Assembly: GCA_010093995.1 (NCBI GenBank)
Contig: ML992504.1
Coordinates: 930,001 to 994,000, forward strand
Direction of reading: 5' to 3'
DNA from: Elsinoe ampelina
Taxonomy: Eukaryota
Length of the DNA: 64,000 nt
Positions 23,275 through 36,115 of this stretch are shown here, piece by piece. The position numbers and the translations under genes are program-made. Position 1 is the first letter of the stretch, and each line of letters opens with the position of its first letter. Below the pieces are notes generated by a model that saw only the letters and a list, made by a program, of their open reading frames with translations, made no database searches and was not told the DNA's origin.

Positions 23275-23866
23275 CTACCGTGATGCCTCTCGCAACAACC
23301 AACGCCGAATCGAAGTATGTGATGACCTCCTCGATCTTACCCTGCTTGTTCCACCTCGTCACCCAAGCGAACCGGTTATCATAGGGCAATCCTATCGATT
23401 ATCAGCCTCCCATCACAACAGGGACTGTATGCAGGGAATGCACTCACCATTCTTGAATGTGCCCAGGCCATGAAGCTACTGCACGCTCCACTCCTCTTGG
23501 CCACCACCGATGATCGGCTCTAGCAGATCCAGTCTGCCCTCCTTACTGTGGTCGAGTGTCTCGTATCTTCAGGAAATCTCCGTCAACAAACGAGTCTATT
23601 GCAGAGTTTACAACTTACAGGCGCAGAACGGTGTCGTTCAGGAACACGAATGCATTATGGTAAATACCCGCAAGGGGATGAGTGCCCATCAATGTCCACG
23701 TCACATTGGGCTCGACCACGGTGGTGATGAACTTGACATATCCCGCATTGGTTCCCAAATCACTGAAGATAGTTGCTATCTGGGATTTGTTGGGGTATGG
23801 TGTGCAGTTGCCCTCCGCCAACAGGAAAAAGAGAACGACGGTGATGAGACGAATGACTGAACGCAT
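23275..23866 (-). pseudogene. Secreted SnoaL/NTF2-like protein with an in-frame premature stop
   Basis: Signal peptide MRSVIRLITVVLFFLLA; VEPNVTWTLMGTHPLAGIY; two GT-AG introns; IIGGGQEEWSVQ*LHGLG (TAG at 23476-23478); YDNRFAWVTRWN..GKIEEVITYFDSALV. Confidence 0.75.
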
Positions 23867-24594
23867 CTTCGCGGGAGCTCGAGACAGAAACAATTCTAGG
23901 TGGGCAGATGGCAAAAAACCAGCCACTACTTGCTTCTTCACTTTTATAAACGACATGGTGGACAAGCCAGGCAAAAGGACATGCAATTAAGCTTTTGACA
24001 AGCATCTGACAAGCATCTGACAAGCAATCTCGGCGATGTGCAGTACTGGAGGCACACAGCCCCGCTAGCCACTTTGGGGTTGAAATGCGAGCCGGCAGAT
24101 CAGCCTGAATGATGCAGGAGCCGTGCACGCTACCTTGCGTTCTTCTCATTGGTCAGGCCCCTTCGGCAGGGACTAACCCGCTCCCGATATACCAACTTGT
24201 AAGGCCTCCTGTTCTACGTTAGCCCGCTCAGCGCTTTGGCGAGATACGTGTCGACCCACCGCCTCCTCAATAATGGTGCCTGTGGCAGCAAACAGAGTGC
24301 CACAACGGCATGGCTATGCGAGATGGCGTCTGATGTGTCGGATTTGATTTGGTACCACTGCTCAACCATCTGACTCGGATCCCAAATCCTTGTCGAGTGT
24401 GTAGTATCTAGAGGATCTTCCTCCAATCCTTGTGGCTTCAGCAGGAGTAAGCACCAGCCCTAGATTCAGGTAAGTCATGCAAGATACCCGCATCTCAACA
24501 CAGCTGTTGCCCCTCTTGCAAGATATCAAGACCAGCGCGGCCTCCTTCCCTTCCACATCTGCAGCATCTCTTTCCTCCTCCCATCTCCCCCAAC

Positions 24595-25468
24595 ATGCAT
24601 CCACGGGAAATCCTCTGCATCGTCGAACTCATCTACTTCTCCCCCATCCTCTTCCTAGCAGCCTACATCTGCCCCAACATGGTTTCCGCCGAGCCGACGG
24701 CTGGCTCTACCTCATCCTCCTCTCCCTCATCCGCCTCATCGGCAACTCCACCGGCATAGCCTACGTCTCCCACCCCACCAACCTCAACCTCCTAGCCTGT
24801 GAACTCATCTGCCAAACAATCGGCATCTCTCCTCTCCTCCTCGTCCTCCTCGGGCTGACCAACCAAACGCGAGTCGCCCGTCCCACGCCCCAATCTTCCT
24901 CCCCCCCGTGGTGTGCCAGCTGACATCTCCCAGCAAAACCACCCATCCCGCCACCCACTCCAAAGAACCCCTCCTCACCCGCGCCGCCTACCTCCTCGTC
25001 CTCCTCGCCCTAATCCTCAGCGTCACAGCCGGCACCTACAGCTTCTCCACCGTCCCCTCCAAAGTGACCCTCTCGCACGCCCTCGCCCGCGTCGGCGCCA
25101 CGCTCTACCTCCTCGCCTTCCTCGTCACCGCAACCATCGCTTTCATCAGCTGGCGTCGTCGCCATCACCAGCCTAGAACCAATAGGGTGCTGCAGGCGCT
25201 CGTGGCGTCGTTGCCGTTTCTCGGGGTGAGGGTGGTGTATGGCGCCGTTGCTGCCTATGATTATGAGGATAGGGGGACGTTTGGGGCGGCGAGTGATACG
25301 GTGAGAGCGGTGGTGGTGAGGGCGGTGTTGGGGTTTGCGATGGAGGCTGTGGTGGTTGGGTTGTGCGTTGGGGCTGGGATTGGGATGAAGAAGGTTGTGA
25401 AGGGGGGGAAGGAGGGGGAGGTGGTGGAGGTTGAGACTGTTAGGACGAAGGGGATGGAGAGAGTTTGA
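24595..25468 (+). pseudogene. Multi-pass membrane protein (DUF7702/RTA1-like) with two apparent frameshifts
   Basis: MHPREILCIVELIYFSPILFLAAYIC, frameshift, QHGFRRADGWLYLILLSLIRLIG..GISPLLL, frameshift, ..ASLPFLGVRVVY..LGFAMEAVVV. Both shifts lie in or near C homopolymers (~24672 and ~24890-24908), so they could be sequencing errors. Confidence 0.7.
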
Positions 25469-26531
25469 GGATCTGTTAGGTGATAGCCTGTGAGTGGGTC
25501 ACATGCTGTGCTTGTCTTGGAACTGCGTGCTGTCGAAGGGGTGTTACGTCTGCTTACTGGGCGTTGGCTGGCGCTACGGAATGAGGTCGATATATTGCCG
25601 CTGAATGGAATCGCATTTCTCATCGTGCTGGCGATGGAATGAGTGCAGTGACAACGTCGATCGGTCTGCGTTTGGCTGCTTGTAGGAACGCCGCTGTGTG
25701 CAAGAATTATGAATCGAAGTCTCGATTCACTGATTGCAGAGACAGCACGCCTTGTTGAAAGGCTGGCGAAGTAATTGATACTTGGCTCCGATGTAATGGA
25801 ACAACGAAGTGGGTCGAAATACCCATCCCATCCACCGAGTGTGCTTAGTTTATTGGCCAGAGTTCAGCGCTCAATGCAGGTATAGGTCCCTGCGCTGCCA
25901 GTGCTTGGAGGCGGTCGTGAGGTGTACACGAGCATCGAGCAATTTGTCACTTGGCAAGGTCGGCGTTGTTACCAACCGTACAGGGATTGATCGACTTGAG
26001 CGTGGTCCAAGGGGTTGGTTCCACGGATCGACCATAGATTAGTCAAGACAGCTCGCATACACAGTTAGGGAGATAGTGATAGGAGACGTGCTTACTGCTG
26101 AGCGATGGAGACTTGTTGCCATGCTTGTACGTGACTACCTTTGCTCGTACTTCTGCCACAGCATTGAGCACCGGCCAAGCCGCCAAGGTTAGGCACGGCC
26201 ACGAGAATCTGGTATGTAGTCACACAACCAGTGGATGAGCAGAGGTCGAGTAATGTTGAGGGTTGTTCCACTGGGAGTGTGCAAACTTCAAGGTGTCCGG
26301 CGGGACTTGGTTGAAGATTGGCAAGAAAAATCCGTTAAACTCACCACCGTGACCCCCAAGATCGACGAGTAAGGCTCAGCTTCGGGGGCTTTCTTCGGCT
26401 TCTCGTGCCACAATTCCCTGATCCGATTCACCAAATTTACGCGTCAGTCCACAATGGCGTCGGAAGGTTTGCCTGGTTAAAAAAAACAGCTTTTCCCAGC
26501 GAATAGACCACCCAGCGGGCAAAAATGCAAA

Positions 26532-26650
26532 ACATACAACACCTGGGATTCACACGTGGTCACCCACCGCATTACTAATCAGGCGATCAGTTGCTTAAAT
26601 ATGGCAGATCTGACGGGATGCCTTGCTTTCAACTGTCTGTGGTCGTATGT
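26532..26650 (-). rRNA. 5S rRNA (dispersed copy)
   Basis: 119 nt, ACATACGACCA...CATCCCGTC.GATCTGCC...TAGTA..GGTGGGTGACCAC..GAATCCC.GGTGTTGTATGT; ends pair (helix I); followed by T-runs (Pol III terminator). Confidence 0.95.
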
Positions 26651-26951
26651 GCCGGAAAGGGGTTCTCAATATACTATGAAGCCTCATTACTGGTGCACAC
26701 CCACACCCCGAAGCTGTCGGTGTAGCATCACACACCTTCTTCGAGACAACACTCTGTCATGCGTAATACCCAGCCCACGCTCTCGCCCACCCACTGGCTT
26801 CACACTTTTGGCACCACTCAGGTCCAAATCAGCATCATGTCTCTCCTTGATTTTGATATTCCAAGTCGCGAAAGGACTAGGCAAAGCCAAATCCATCCTT
26901 CCAGCTCTCGCCCAAGGTCCCCTCCTCCAGCACCACACCTCCGACTTCAAC

Positions 26952-28938
26952 TCACACCCCCTCCACCACCGCCCTCCTCACTCCTTCCCACCCCTCCCTC
27001 ACCAACCCCACCACATCCTCCCACCCCAACTCCCTCCTCCCTGCCTCCCTACTCGCCCAAACCGCCGCCGCAACAACCACAGCCCCCCACACCGCCCTCC
27101 TCACATACACCCACCCAAACCCAACCACATATTTCCTCTCCCCGACCTTCCTCACCCCCTTGCCCTCTTGCCCCTCCGCTTCCGCCAACGTATACCTAAA
27201 ATCCCCCGACCGCAAAAACAGACTCCTTAACCAATAATGCCACTGATAATTATGATACATGCTAATATTCGTTCCCGTCTCCGGGTCCAAAGCCCAACTC
27301 GTGCACCCACTCGACCAGACGAAATCCTTGAGCAATTTATGCGTGTTGCTGATATCCCTCGTCGCGGCTTCGGGTGTGACGGCTACAGTGACGGGTCTGG
27401 CTTTGCTGCCTGGCAGGGATGGCAGAAAGGAGGGGAGCAGACTGCGTCGGTGCGCGGACAGGATGGGTTTGAGCAAGGCCAGGGTGAGCAGGATTTGGCA
27501 TTCGATGGTGTAGATGACGCTGAGGTGGCCGGTGACGGTGTTGGGGCCCATGAGGATGAAGAAGTTGGGGAAGTGGGCTGTGAGGGTACCCATGTAGGCT
27601 GCGGGGGAGCCGGAGGTGGTGGAGTTCCACTGTTGGAGGCGTCAGTCAGCGGTGGGAGGGTGGGGGGACGGTCTGAGGTGGAAGGGATCAACGGGGCACT
27701 TACGTGGTCTTCGAGGCCGATGCCGTTCTCGCCAATGATTTTCATCGGGAAGAGCATTTTGTTAGTCTGAAAGCCGATGGCCAGGGCGATGGCGTCGGCG
27801 TGGACGTGGCGGCCGCTTTTGGTCACGACGCCGTCTTCGACGATGTGGTCGATGGGATCGTTAGGGACGAGCTCCATGTTGTCTCGCCATAGGCAGGCGA
27901 GGTAGTCGGTGTCGAGAACTTTGCGCTTGCAGCCGATTTCGTGGCGAGGAATGAGTGCGTCCCAGTACTTGGTTGGTGCCATTTTCTTGACGTACTTCTC
28001 GTTCTCTTTGGCGAGGTCGTCACGGATACGTTTGCCGCTTTGGGTATAGAAGCCGGCAAAGTCCTTCTCCATGTCGTAGTAGTGCTTGAAGCGGACTATT
28101 CGCATGGCTAACGGAACATAAGCCATCATGTTCTTCCATGTCTTGGTGTAGTATGGATTCTCTCTCTCAGCCAAGTAATGCGCTTGTCGGGAGAATTGCG
28201 TGACCTTCTTCGCCGGTCCGGTCTTCGGAGACTTGGATGGTCCAGTGGTCGAAATGATGGGGACGAATTGAGTAGCTGAGCAGCCATTACCGATCACGAC
28301 CACGTCCTTGTTTGTCCAGTCAAATGAGTTATCCCATTGTGCAGAATGAAAGAGTCGACCCTTGAAGCTCTCGTGTCCTGGAATCTCGCATTGCCTCGGA
28401 ACTGAAAGAGCACCAACTCCAGAGACGATGGCTCGGGCACGGAGTGTGTAGGTAGACTTTGTGCCATGATTCGTGATTGTTACCATCCAGGTCTGAGACT
28501 CAGGGTGCCAGACTGCTTGGTCGACGGTGGATTGGAAGCGGACCTTGGGAAGCAAGTTGTACTGCAGTGCCAGGTTACGGAAGTAGGTTTGAATCTCTGG
28601 TTGCATGGAGTACTTTCGGTTCCAGTTGGGATTGAGAGCGAAGCTGTACGAGTAGAAGTGAGAGGCCACCTACATCACAGTCAGGTGATATACGCACGAC
28701 CTCCACGCCACTCACGCGGCTTTGAAGGTACTTTGTCGGTGGGTAGTGCCCGACTACTTACATCGCAACCACATCCTGGGTAGGTATTCGCCAGCCACGT
28801 ACCCCCAACATCTGTGCTCTTCTCAATGATAATGCAGTCATCATGGCCGAGCTTGCGCTGAAGCTGTATGGCAGTCGCCAGGCCGGAGCTGCCACCGCCG
28901 ATGATGAGAACGTCAGTATCGACACTTGACATGGTCAT
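26952..28938 (-). CDS. Flavin-containing monooxygenase (Baeyer-Villiger/FMO family), 3 exons
   Basis: GGGSSG FAD motif, [27 protein letters not shown] fingerprint, [15 protein letters not shown] motif, AIGF and [12 protein letters not shown]; introns 28761-28670 and 27703-27630. Confidence 0.93.
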
Positions 28939-30348
28939 TAGGAGATGGAATCTGCTTGAGGGAGCGACGATTCGACTGCTGAAGAGTCACGACGAAGGAG
29001 AGAAGAATAGACACCGGGCGAAGGTAAGACCTTGTTCGCTTCTTGTGTCGCTCTACTTACTATACCAACCTGACTCTCGTCACGAAGTCAAAGTCATCGG
29101 AGGACAGTGAGCCGAACGAGGAGTCCCCGCATCGGCAAAGATAGGAATACTCGCCGAGGATTTCCCATGGGGTGATTCCGTTCGAGGAGGTCTGGCGAAG
29201 CTAACCGGATACGGAACCCGTGTGCCGAAACACGCTTCCCTCGTCACGACCGCGTCTCGCTCTGCGCTTCCTTCTTCATGTCTGGCCGTCACGGCGAATG
29301 CTTGACAGGGATTGGTTTTATCAGCCTGTGTCGAGGGTACCTTTGTATCAAGCCCTAGGTACTTTCCTGCTCAATGACGCGGAGGAGGGAGGTAACTGCG
29401 AGCCGTGGAAAATGCAGCTTGGCTCGCTAGCGTCTGTGTCACCACACCTCATGCAACTCCCCACTTTGACGGCGTATGCACGGCAAGGCAATAGCTGCCT
29501 TTGACCGGTCAAGAAATGCACACTCGGCTTGTCACAAAGACTGTGCCACCCTGGTCGCAGGAACCTGGGAAGGAATCTGGCTTGATCTGTGCGAATGGCA
29601 TTCTGCAGGCCAGGATTGTGAGCGCAGGTACTGCGGGATCGACCCGGTGCTTGCTCACGAAATCCTGACCGGAGCGGATCATTCGCTGGCATTTCCATCG
29701 GCGTTCTGAATAGGTATTGCGCCGGAGAAGATCGCGGTCATGTCCAATTCGCAATCGTGTGCCGTGCTACGGACGTATCAACGGACGAAACTCGTGCCAC
29801 AATATGTGCCTCAGCTCATTTGTACCTCGCCGTAATCACCTCGGCGATACTGACGCCTTGCTTGCAATCATTGGTGCAGCTCTACAGGTAGCAATACGCA
29901 TGCTGAGGCGACCAACCGCTGGTGTCACGCTAGTCTAGTAGGTATACTGCCATGCCAGAAACAGCATGACTCGTCATGTGCATGGTCAGAATATCGCGCA
30001 CCAGATTGACCATTGTTGAAATTCGATCTTTGTAAAGCATATCACGCCAGGCACAACCACGCTAACGTGTGATAGGACAGAAGGGCCAAGGGGACCACGA
30101 ATGAATGGCTGGGGTGTGGTTGCACAGACGATCTCGGCGTCATGGTTGGCTGCAAGCAATTGCATTAGGTGGAAGTATACTGCCCGTATCAAGGTCATAA
30201 TCAGAAGCGCACTATTCTCGTGTCTCTTCAATCACGCAAGTGCTTTTTGTTCCAATTTCCAAGATTAGCTTTGCTCGGATCAAACCCCAGATTTTGCTCG
30301 ACGCCTCAAGAGAGTGTTTTCATGCCGACGACAAGCCATCTCAAACGA

Positions 30349-31591
30349 TCAATGCTTTCGATGAGATCCATTGGCGATGGCCGGAGTCTTGCCTCTCGAA
30401 ACATCAGAACCAGGGTAAGAAGTGCCAGTCATGGTAGATCCATTTGTCGATGTTGGGGACGTGACCACCGTATTCGCCCTAGAAGACGTGTCGGACAACT
30501 GCATGGAAGCCATACTCGCAGTAACGCTGTTGGCGTCGCTGATGTGGCTGGAAGAAGGATCGGATGGTGTGCCTTCCTTTGCAAGGCGTGCATTGATCGT
30601 CCTGGTGCCCAACGTCGCTCCATTTAGCTTTCTGATAGCAGCTGAAGCGGCATCGAAATCACTGTACTGGGCGAAAGCTGTCCTTCGATCTCTTGCGTAT
30701 CTCCACGATGTGCAATTTGTTTTTCGCAATTTGGCGTCCAGATCTTTTGTCGGAGTCTTGTCGCTCAACGAGGTGATGACGACGTCCCGACGTTCTACTT
30801 GATACCTACCAAGGTGTGCATGTGAGGACGGGAAAGTAGACGATTGTCCAGACTGGAATTGGGTCGGGTACGGCTGTGTCGCCGCATACATTGGGACTGA
30901 CGAGACTAGCCCAGTCTGGCGAGGATCCCGACTTGGCCCAGCCATGATGTGCGACGTTGTGGCATAGTGATTGGGCGCCATGGCTGGTAGCACTCGATCA
31001 GACATAGCTGGCGGGAGGAGCTGAGGAACAGTCCAAGCATAGCCGTTGGTCATCGGAGAGACTGGTGGACTTGCGCTGTTTACACTGGCAGCGCTCCCTG
31101 GACTGCCAGGTCTTTGATGGTATACCTGCCACATGCCGCTAATCTGTGCTGGATTGGTGAATCTCATCGTGGTACTCATCAACGAGACGCCATCCTTGCG
31201 GATACGCCAGAGGCATAGTTCCAATTGGACCCCGTCCATGGGATGTGTGCGGAAGTGGTCTGCCGTGGTCAGCATTGGCACTTGCAGGCATTTATCAACC
31301 TACGAAGCGTTCGCGAAACATCTCTGTATGAGACAATACCAATCCAAGCGGTCTTTTGTTGATACCCAGTCAGGGGATTGTACCAGTCTCGAAGAGTGAT
31401 CTGCGACTCGATCTTCGCGCCAACCTCGCGGCACTGATCTCTGAGGATTCTCCAATCACGACCTCGTGGTAGCTATGGACTTCAGTCACGCCAGTCAGCG
31501 TTCATCACTACTGTGGACTAACGTTCAAGATGGTAAGAATCCATGTCTCCGGAGTGACTGGATGACTAGGGCGGCTCCCACGTTTGGTCAT
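30349..31591 (-). CDS. RRM-domain RNA-binding protein (two RRM-like domains), 3 exons
   Basis: WILTILN|LPRGRDWRILRD (N-terminal RRM-like) and VVITSLS..TAFAQYSDFDAASAAIRKLNGATLGTRTINARLAKEG; two GT-AG introns at ~31522-31472 and ~31302-31260. Confidence 0.75.
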
Positions 31592-32784
31592 GACTGCCAG
31601 TGGAGGCAAGACAAGAATCTGCGTGCCGATAGTCCTACCAAGATGCGATGCAATCGACTCTGGCAGATTCGGATGAGTGCGCCCAAGCTGAAGACAAGTA
31701 TGGTAATGATATGAGGCTCCGTAGTAGAAGCAGGCATGGACAGAGGAGATAGCGAGGTCCAGGGCTATGTCTCGAGGGGTAGGAGAGGCTTATAGGTCGA
31801 TAGCTGTCGTAATGATAGTCGCCATCGACCAAACCAAGTCGAGGCTGCCGCATCACTTGTTCTGCTGCGGCGTAGCTGCATTGCTGTATGAGATCCAGGC
31901 AATCAGAGTTCTTTGTCGTCGATTCTGTCGCCCAAGCTCCTGCATGCAGTCTGGAGCTGTAGCTTGGAAGTAGTGCGAGGAGTGTCCGGATCAATGGTAG
32001 GTGGCTGCAAAAGCTCTGCCGCCAGTCCAACCACGGCGTGTCAATCATTAAGGCCAGTTCCACGTGCCGCGTGACAAGGTATATGTCAGTGCAGGCGCGC
32101 GTGTAGGGTGAGCTGAAGGCTTTCACCCGGCGGCGTACAGCCATGGCCGAACCGGTCGCGATAGTGATGACCTACCCAAACTCTGATCGGAGAGTCCCGA
32201 TAGACGGCAGACCGGCTCGTGAGCTTCAAGGTCGACTGGTGTTGTTACTCATCCTTGAGTCGATACAGACGTACCTTGATGCACATTTCACCTGCATGAG
32301 ATTGCCTTCAAGCCAAGCAGACGGTGCGACGGGGGAAGGCGGGATGAATCCGATGGCATTGCCGCCTTAGGGCCGTCGTTTATACGTTGTGTAACACACC
32401 ATGTTCTTGACCATACAAAATGGGGCAGCTGCTCAAGCGAGACAGAAACACGGTCAGGCTGATAGTTAGCTCCAATAAGCGTGATTAGGGTCATTAGCTC
32501 CACACCATTGGGATGCATGGCGTGTCAAATGTGGTGTGGAAAATGTGAGATCAAGTTGGAAGTGGAGAAACAACCCAGACCCTTCCCTCATCAACACCTC
32601 ATTTGCCAAGGCTGCACCTTCCGACCTCATGCAGCACCACCGCGTTTGATTCTGCAGGAATTCCATCGAAATTTGCCAGCGTTACAGATTGCAATACGCT
32701 ATTTCTGTCCGGGGCGTCGGGGAAGTGAAAGTGGCGCTTAATATGTCATTTTGCGTTAGCCCATAACCACCCACCACTTGCACC

Positions 32785-34339
32785 ATGCCAGCAGACGACT
32801 CACCAGCTATGCTGGTCGCTCGCTTCCTACGAGCTAGCAATTATACCGAAGTACTTTGCGACATTGCTACTTGACCGTAGTCGCTGACAGCTGTCCCTAG
32901 ACCCTCGATGCATTCATATCCGAGGCAGGTCTGCCAGCAGATGCCGGCAACACATCGAGAAATAGCTTCACATTGGAGAAATTGCTCGAGGAGAAGCGGA
33001 CATTTGACCTCAGCACGCAGTTTGAAAAGCTAGGTAATGACGAGAATGATCTAGAAACTGGCTGGAGAGCGAATGGTATTGCATCCCCTCCAATTCGATG
33101 GAACTCGCTTTGATGATACTGCAGCTCCTTCTTTGCCTACCGTCGTCTCAACACTGCCGTCCACGTCCAACATACTGCATACATCCTTCGAGATCCTGAC
33201 AAACGCGGCAAGGTAATGCCGCACTTGCATGCACAACCCAATTAATTCCCGCAAGTCAGCTAACGACTGCCAGCCACACTGCGGCCCCGGTCCTGCTCGC
33301 TACCACTGCTGATCGACGTCTCAACGTCGTCGACCTCCCGTCCCTAACGCTAGACAAATCGTCGACCACGATCCAGGACTCACCCATACTCTCATGTGCT
33401 AGTCTCGATGCACGCCACCTGCTTGCAGCTTCCATGTCCGGTCAATTGACCCTCGCCAAAGATACAACCTACGTCCTCGATCGACGGCGCGACCACGCCA
33501 AGTACATCGTCAGGATCGCAAAATACAAGACCAAAGATCCTCCATGCAGGACATGGCTCGCAACAGCAGGTTGGGACGCCAAGGTCCATCTCTACCGGCT
33601 CGACGTCGGCGCTACAACCGATCTCAAACTACCCGACCCCATCTCCACTATCACCCTTCCCTCGAACCCGGAAGCCCTCCAATTCATCGCCCACCCCGAG
33701 TCAAACGAACCCATCCTAATCGTCACCCGCCGCGACTCATCCTTCCTGCACTACTACCTCGTGTCCCCAGAAGGCACCACCCGCCCTCTCGGCCGACAAA
33801 ACCTCGCACCCCACTCTAACGCCTGGGTCGCCTTCACCCCATCCGCCATCGCCCTCTCCCCTACCGACCCGTCCCTCCTCGCCATCGCCACATCCGCCGT
33901 GCCCCACATGAAACTCATCATCACCCGGCTACTCATTCCCCCGACCACCGCGGGCCTCTCAGACGAATCATTCGACACGGCCGCCTCCCAAGCGCGCGCC
34001 GACCTCGCGCTCCAAGACCGCGAACTCGCCGCCATCCAGATCCACTGCTCCACTCTCGCGCCGCAGACGCCGTATTCGACGCCGGCGCTGGCGTGGCGTC
34101 CCGATGGGTCAGGGGTGTGGGTCAATTCGGACGATGGCGTGGTGAGGGGTTTCGAAGCGAGTACGGGTAAGTATGTGGCGACGCTCAAGGGGCATGAGGC
34201 GGGGAGCAAAATCCGGTGTCTCGCGGCTGGGTTTGTCGAGCTCGAGGATGGGAGGATGGAGGAGTGGTTGGCGACCGGGGGGTTTGATCAGAAGCTGATA
34301 GTTTGGAAGCCAGAGAGGACAGGGCAGGAGGGGGCGTAG
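32785..34339 (+). CDS. LisH and WD40 repeat protein
   Basis: MPADDSPAMLVARFLRASNYTE|TLDAFISEAGL (LisH); WD motifs LATAGWDAKVHLY, LKGHEAGSKIRCL and LATGGFDQKLIVWK; introns near 32851-32900 and ~33212-33273. Confidence 0.85.
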
Positions 34340-34379
34340 TGAGTGTTTGGAATGCTTTTACATGATGGAATGATAGATA

Positions 34380-36115
34380 CTATACCGTCGACGTCAAGGC
34401 TCGTTCGGCCTGTTCGTCGCTCTGGGCCATCGCTTCCATGATCTTCCTCGTGTGCTCGCGGACAGTGGCATTGTCCTCCCTCGTCTTGCCCAGTGTCCAC
34501 CTTAGAACCCCAATCTGGTCTTTGAGATCCTGGACCTCCTTTTTCAGCTTGCCCACTTCGGGTCCCGCAGTCCAGAAATCCTGCACCCGCGCCGCGGGCT
34601 TCTTCTCCACTTCTTCATCTTCGTGCGCTGGTGGCACCGAATCACTCGTACCACCACCACCACCACCACCACCGTCCTTGAGCCTCTCCACCTCCCTCTT
34701 CAACCCCTCCATCGCCGTCTCCAATCCCCGCTTCTCGTTCCCCCATCCCTTCTTCTCCTCCATGTATTTCTCCATCAGCCGCGTCTGGTTCTCCACCATG
34801 CCGCGCCATTGCTTCTTCTCCTTGCCCAGATCCCCTCGCATATCGGCGACTTTCTTCTCCCCTTCCTCGACGCTGGACTCGAGGGACTTGATGTGCTCCT
34901 GTAGATCTTCATTGGTGTTGGTCAGCGAGTTGATCTCACGCTCGGCTACGCTGGCTTTCTTCTCGATGGCGGCGATGCGGGTGCGTTCGCGGGTGAATTT
35001 GGATAGGAGGGCAGCGTGTTCACTTTGTAAGGCGTGGAGGGCGGCGGTGCGTTGATTGAGTTGGCGGTGGAGGTCGGAGGCTTCTTCGGGACCGGTAGGG
35101 CGAGGGGTGATTGGGATCATGGCTGGTGGAGCGGTGTTGGGTGATGGGAGAGGCGGCTGTGGTGCGTGGGCCGGGCTCTTGTCGGCGGTGCCATTTCGGG
35201 ATTCATACAGCCGTTGGTAGGGGTGGAGGGGTGGCGATGGGTTGGAGAGGGTCGCTGACAGTGTCCTTTGCATGGCGGGTAGTGGTGATAGTGAACGCCT
35301 TCGCTTTCTGGGTAATTCAGAGTCCGAGTCCTGTCCGGCATGATGCCTTAGTAGGCCAGTCATTGGCGTTCTCTGCGACATGTCCACACCGAGTGGTGGC
35401 TGTGACCGTGATCTGAATCGTTGAATGTCGGTCTTGAGACTCGTGATCAATCTCAGGGATTCATCCATGCTTGCAATCGCTTGATCTGGCGGCTGTGGTA
35501 TCTTGGGCGGCTGGGAGCCAAGATCAGTGTCAGCAAGGATATGTATCGTGAGGTACTTACCCCGTGGAGCGGGATGTATCGTGTGACTGCAGAGCCCATG
35601 TCCTTTGCAAGCTCCATGCTCAATTCGCTTAGCACATGAGACAAGTCCTTGGCCATGACCGAAAAGTTCTTGCAAGTCTTGCATCCTGTATCAGGCAGAG
35701 CACGTGCTTTGGTGCTGTCCTCCAGACCAGGGAGAGGAGGTAGCGTGATTCCAAGCGCTCGTCCTTGGCCAAGGGTCGTGCGAGGCTGGACAGTGGTAAG
35801 ACGATCAAAATCGAGGGCTGTTGAGTCCGTAGTTTTGCTAGGTAGGGAGTCTCTCCTGTCGTCGGAGGCCGGCCTGGTAAGAGGGACAGAGGAGACATCT
35901 GGTTTTGATGTGGTAGAGGTCCACGATGTCGACGAGGTCGTGCGACTGAGCGGTGGTCCGAATATATTGATTGGTCTGAACCTCGCTTGTGAATCCTCGG
36001 GCGAGTTGCGTTGGCGAGGTATGTTATAAGGGTGCATGCTCGTTATGCGAGCGACCTGAGTGGTGGACATTGGCGTGGACTCTTCTGCTGCACGCTTGTT
36101 GAAGTTGTCTCCCAT
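34380..36115 (-). CDS. Hypothetical protein with C-terminal coiled coil, 2 exons
   Basis: Exon 1 (Ser/Pro-rich, CKTC) spliced via GTAAGT..CTGAC..CAG (35560-35511) to a long heptad-rich ORF (LHALQSEHAALL..EINSLTNTNEDLQEHIKSLE). Confidence 0.75.

Noticed and set aside
23996..24027. 11-bp tandem repeat TGACAAGCATC x~3 (also the 15-bp duplication CTTCGTAAAGGCATA at ~40680 and GGT/CAC microsatellites)
   Set aside because: Short slippage repeats without spacers; not a CRISPR array and no evidence of function.
11456..25468. Starship or other giant-transposon cargo region
   Set aside because: No tyrosine-recombinase captain (DUF3435) or element boundary is visible in this window.
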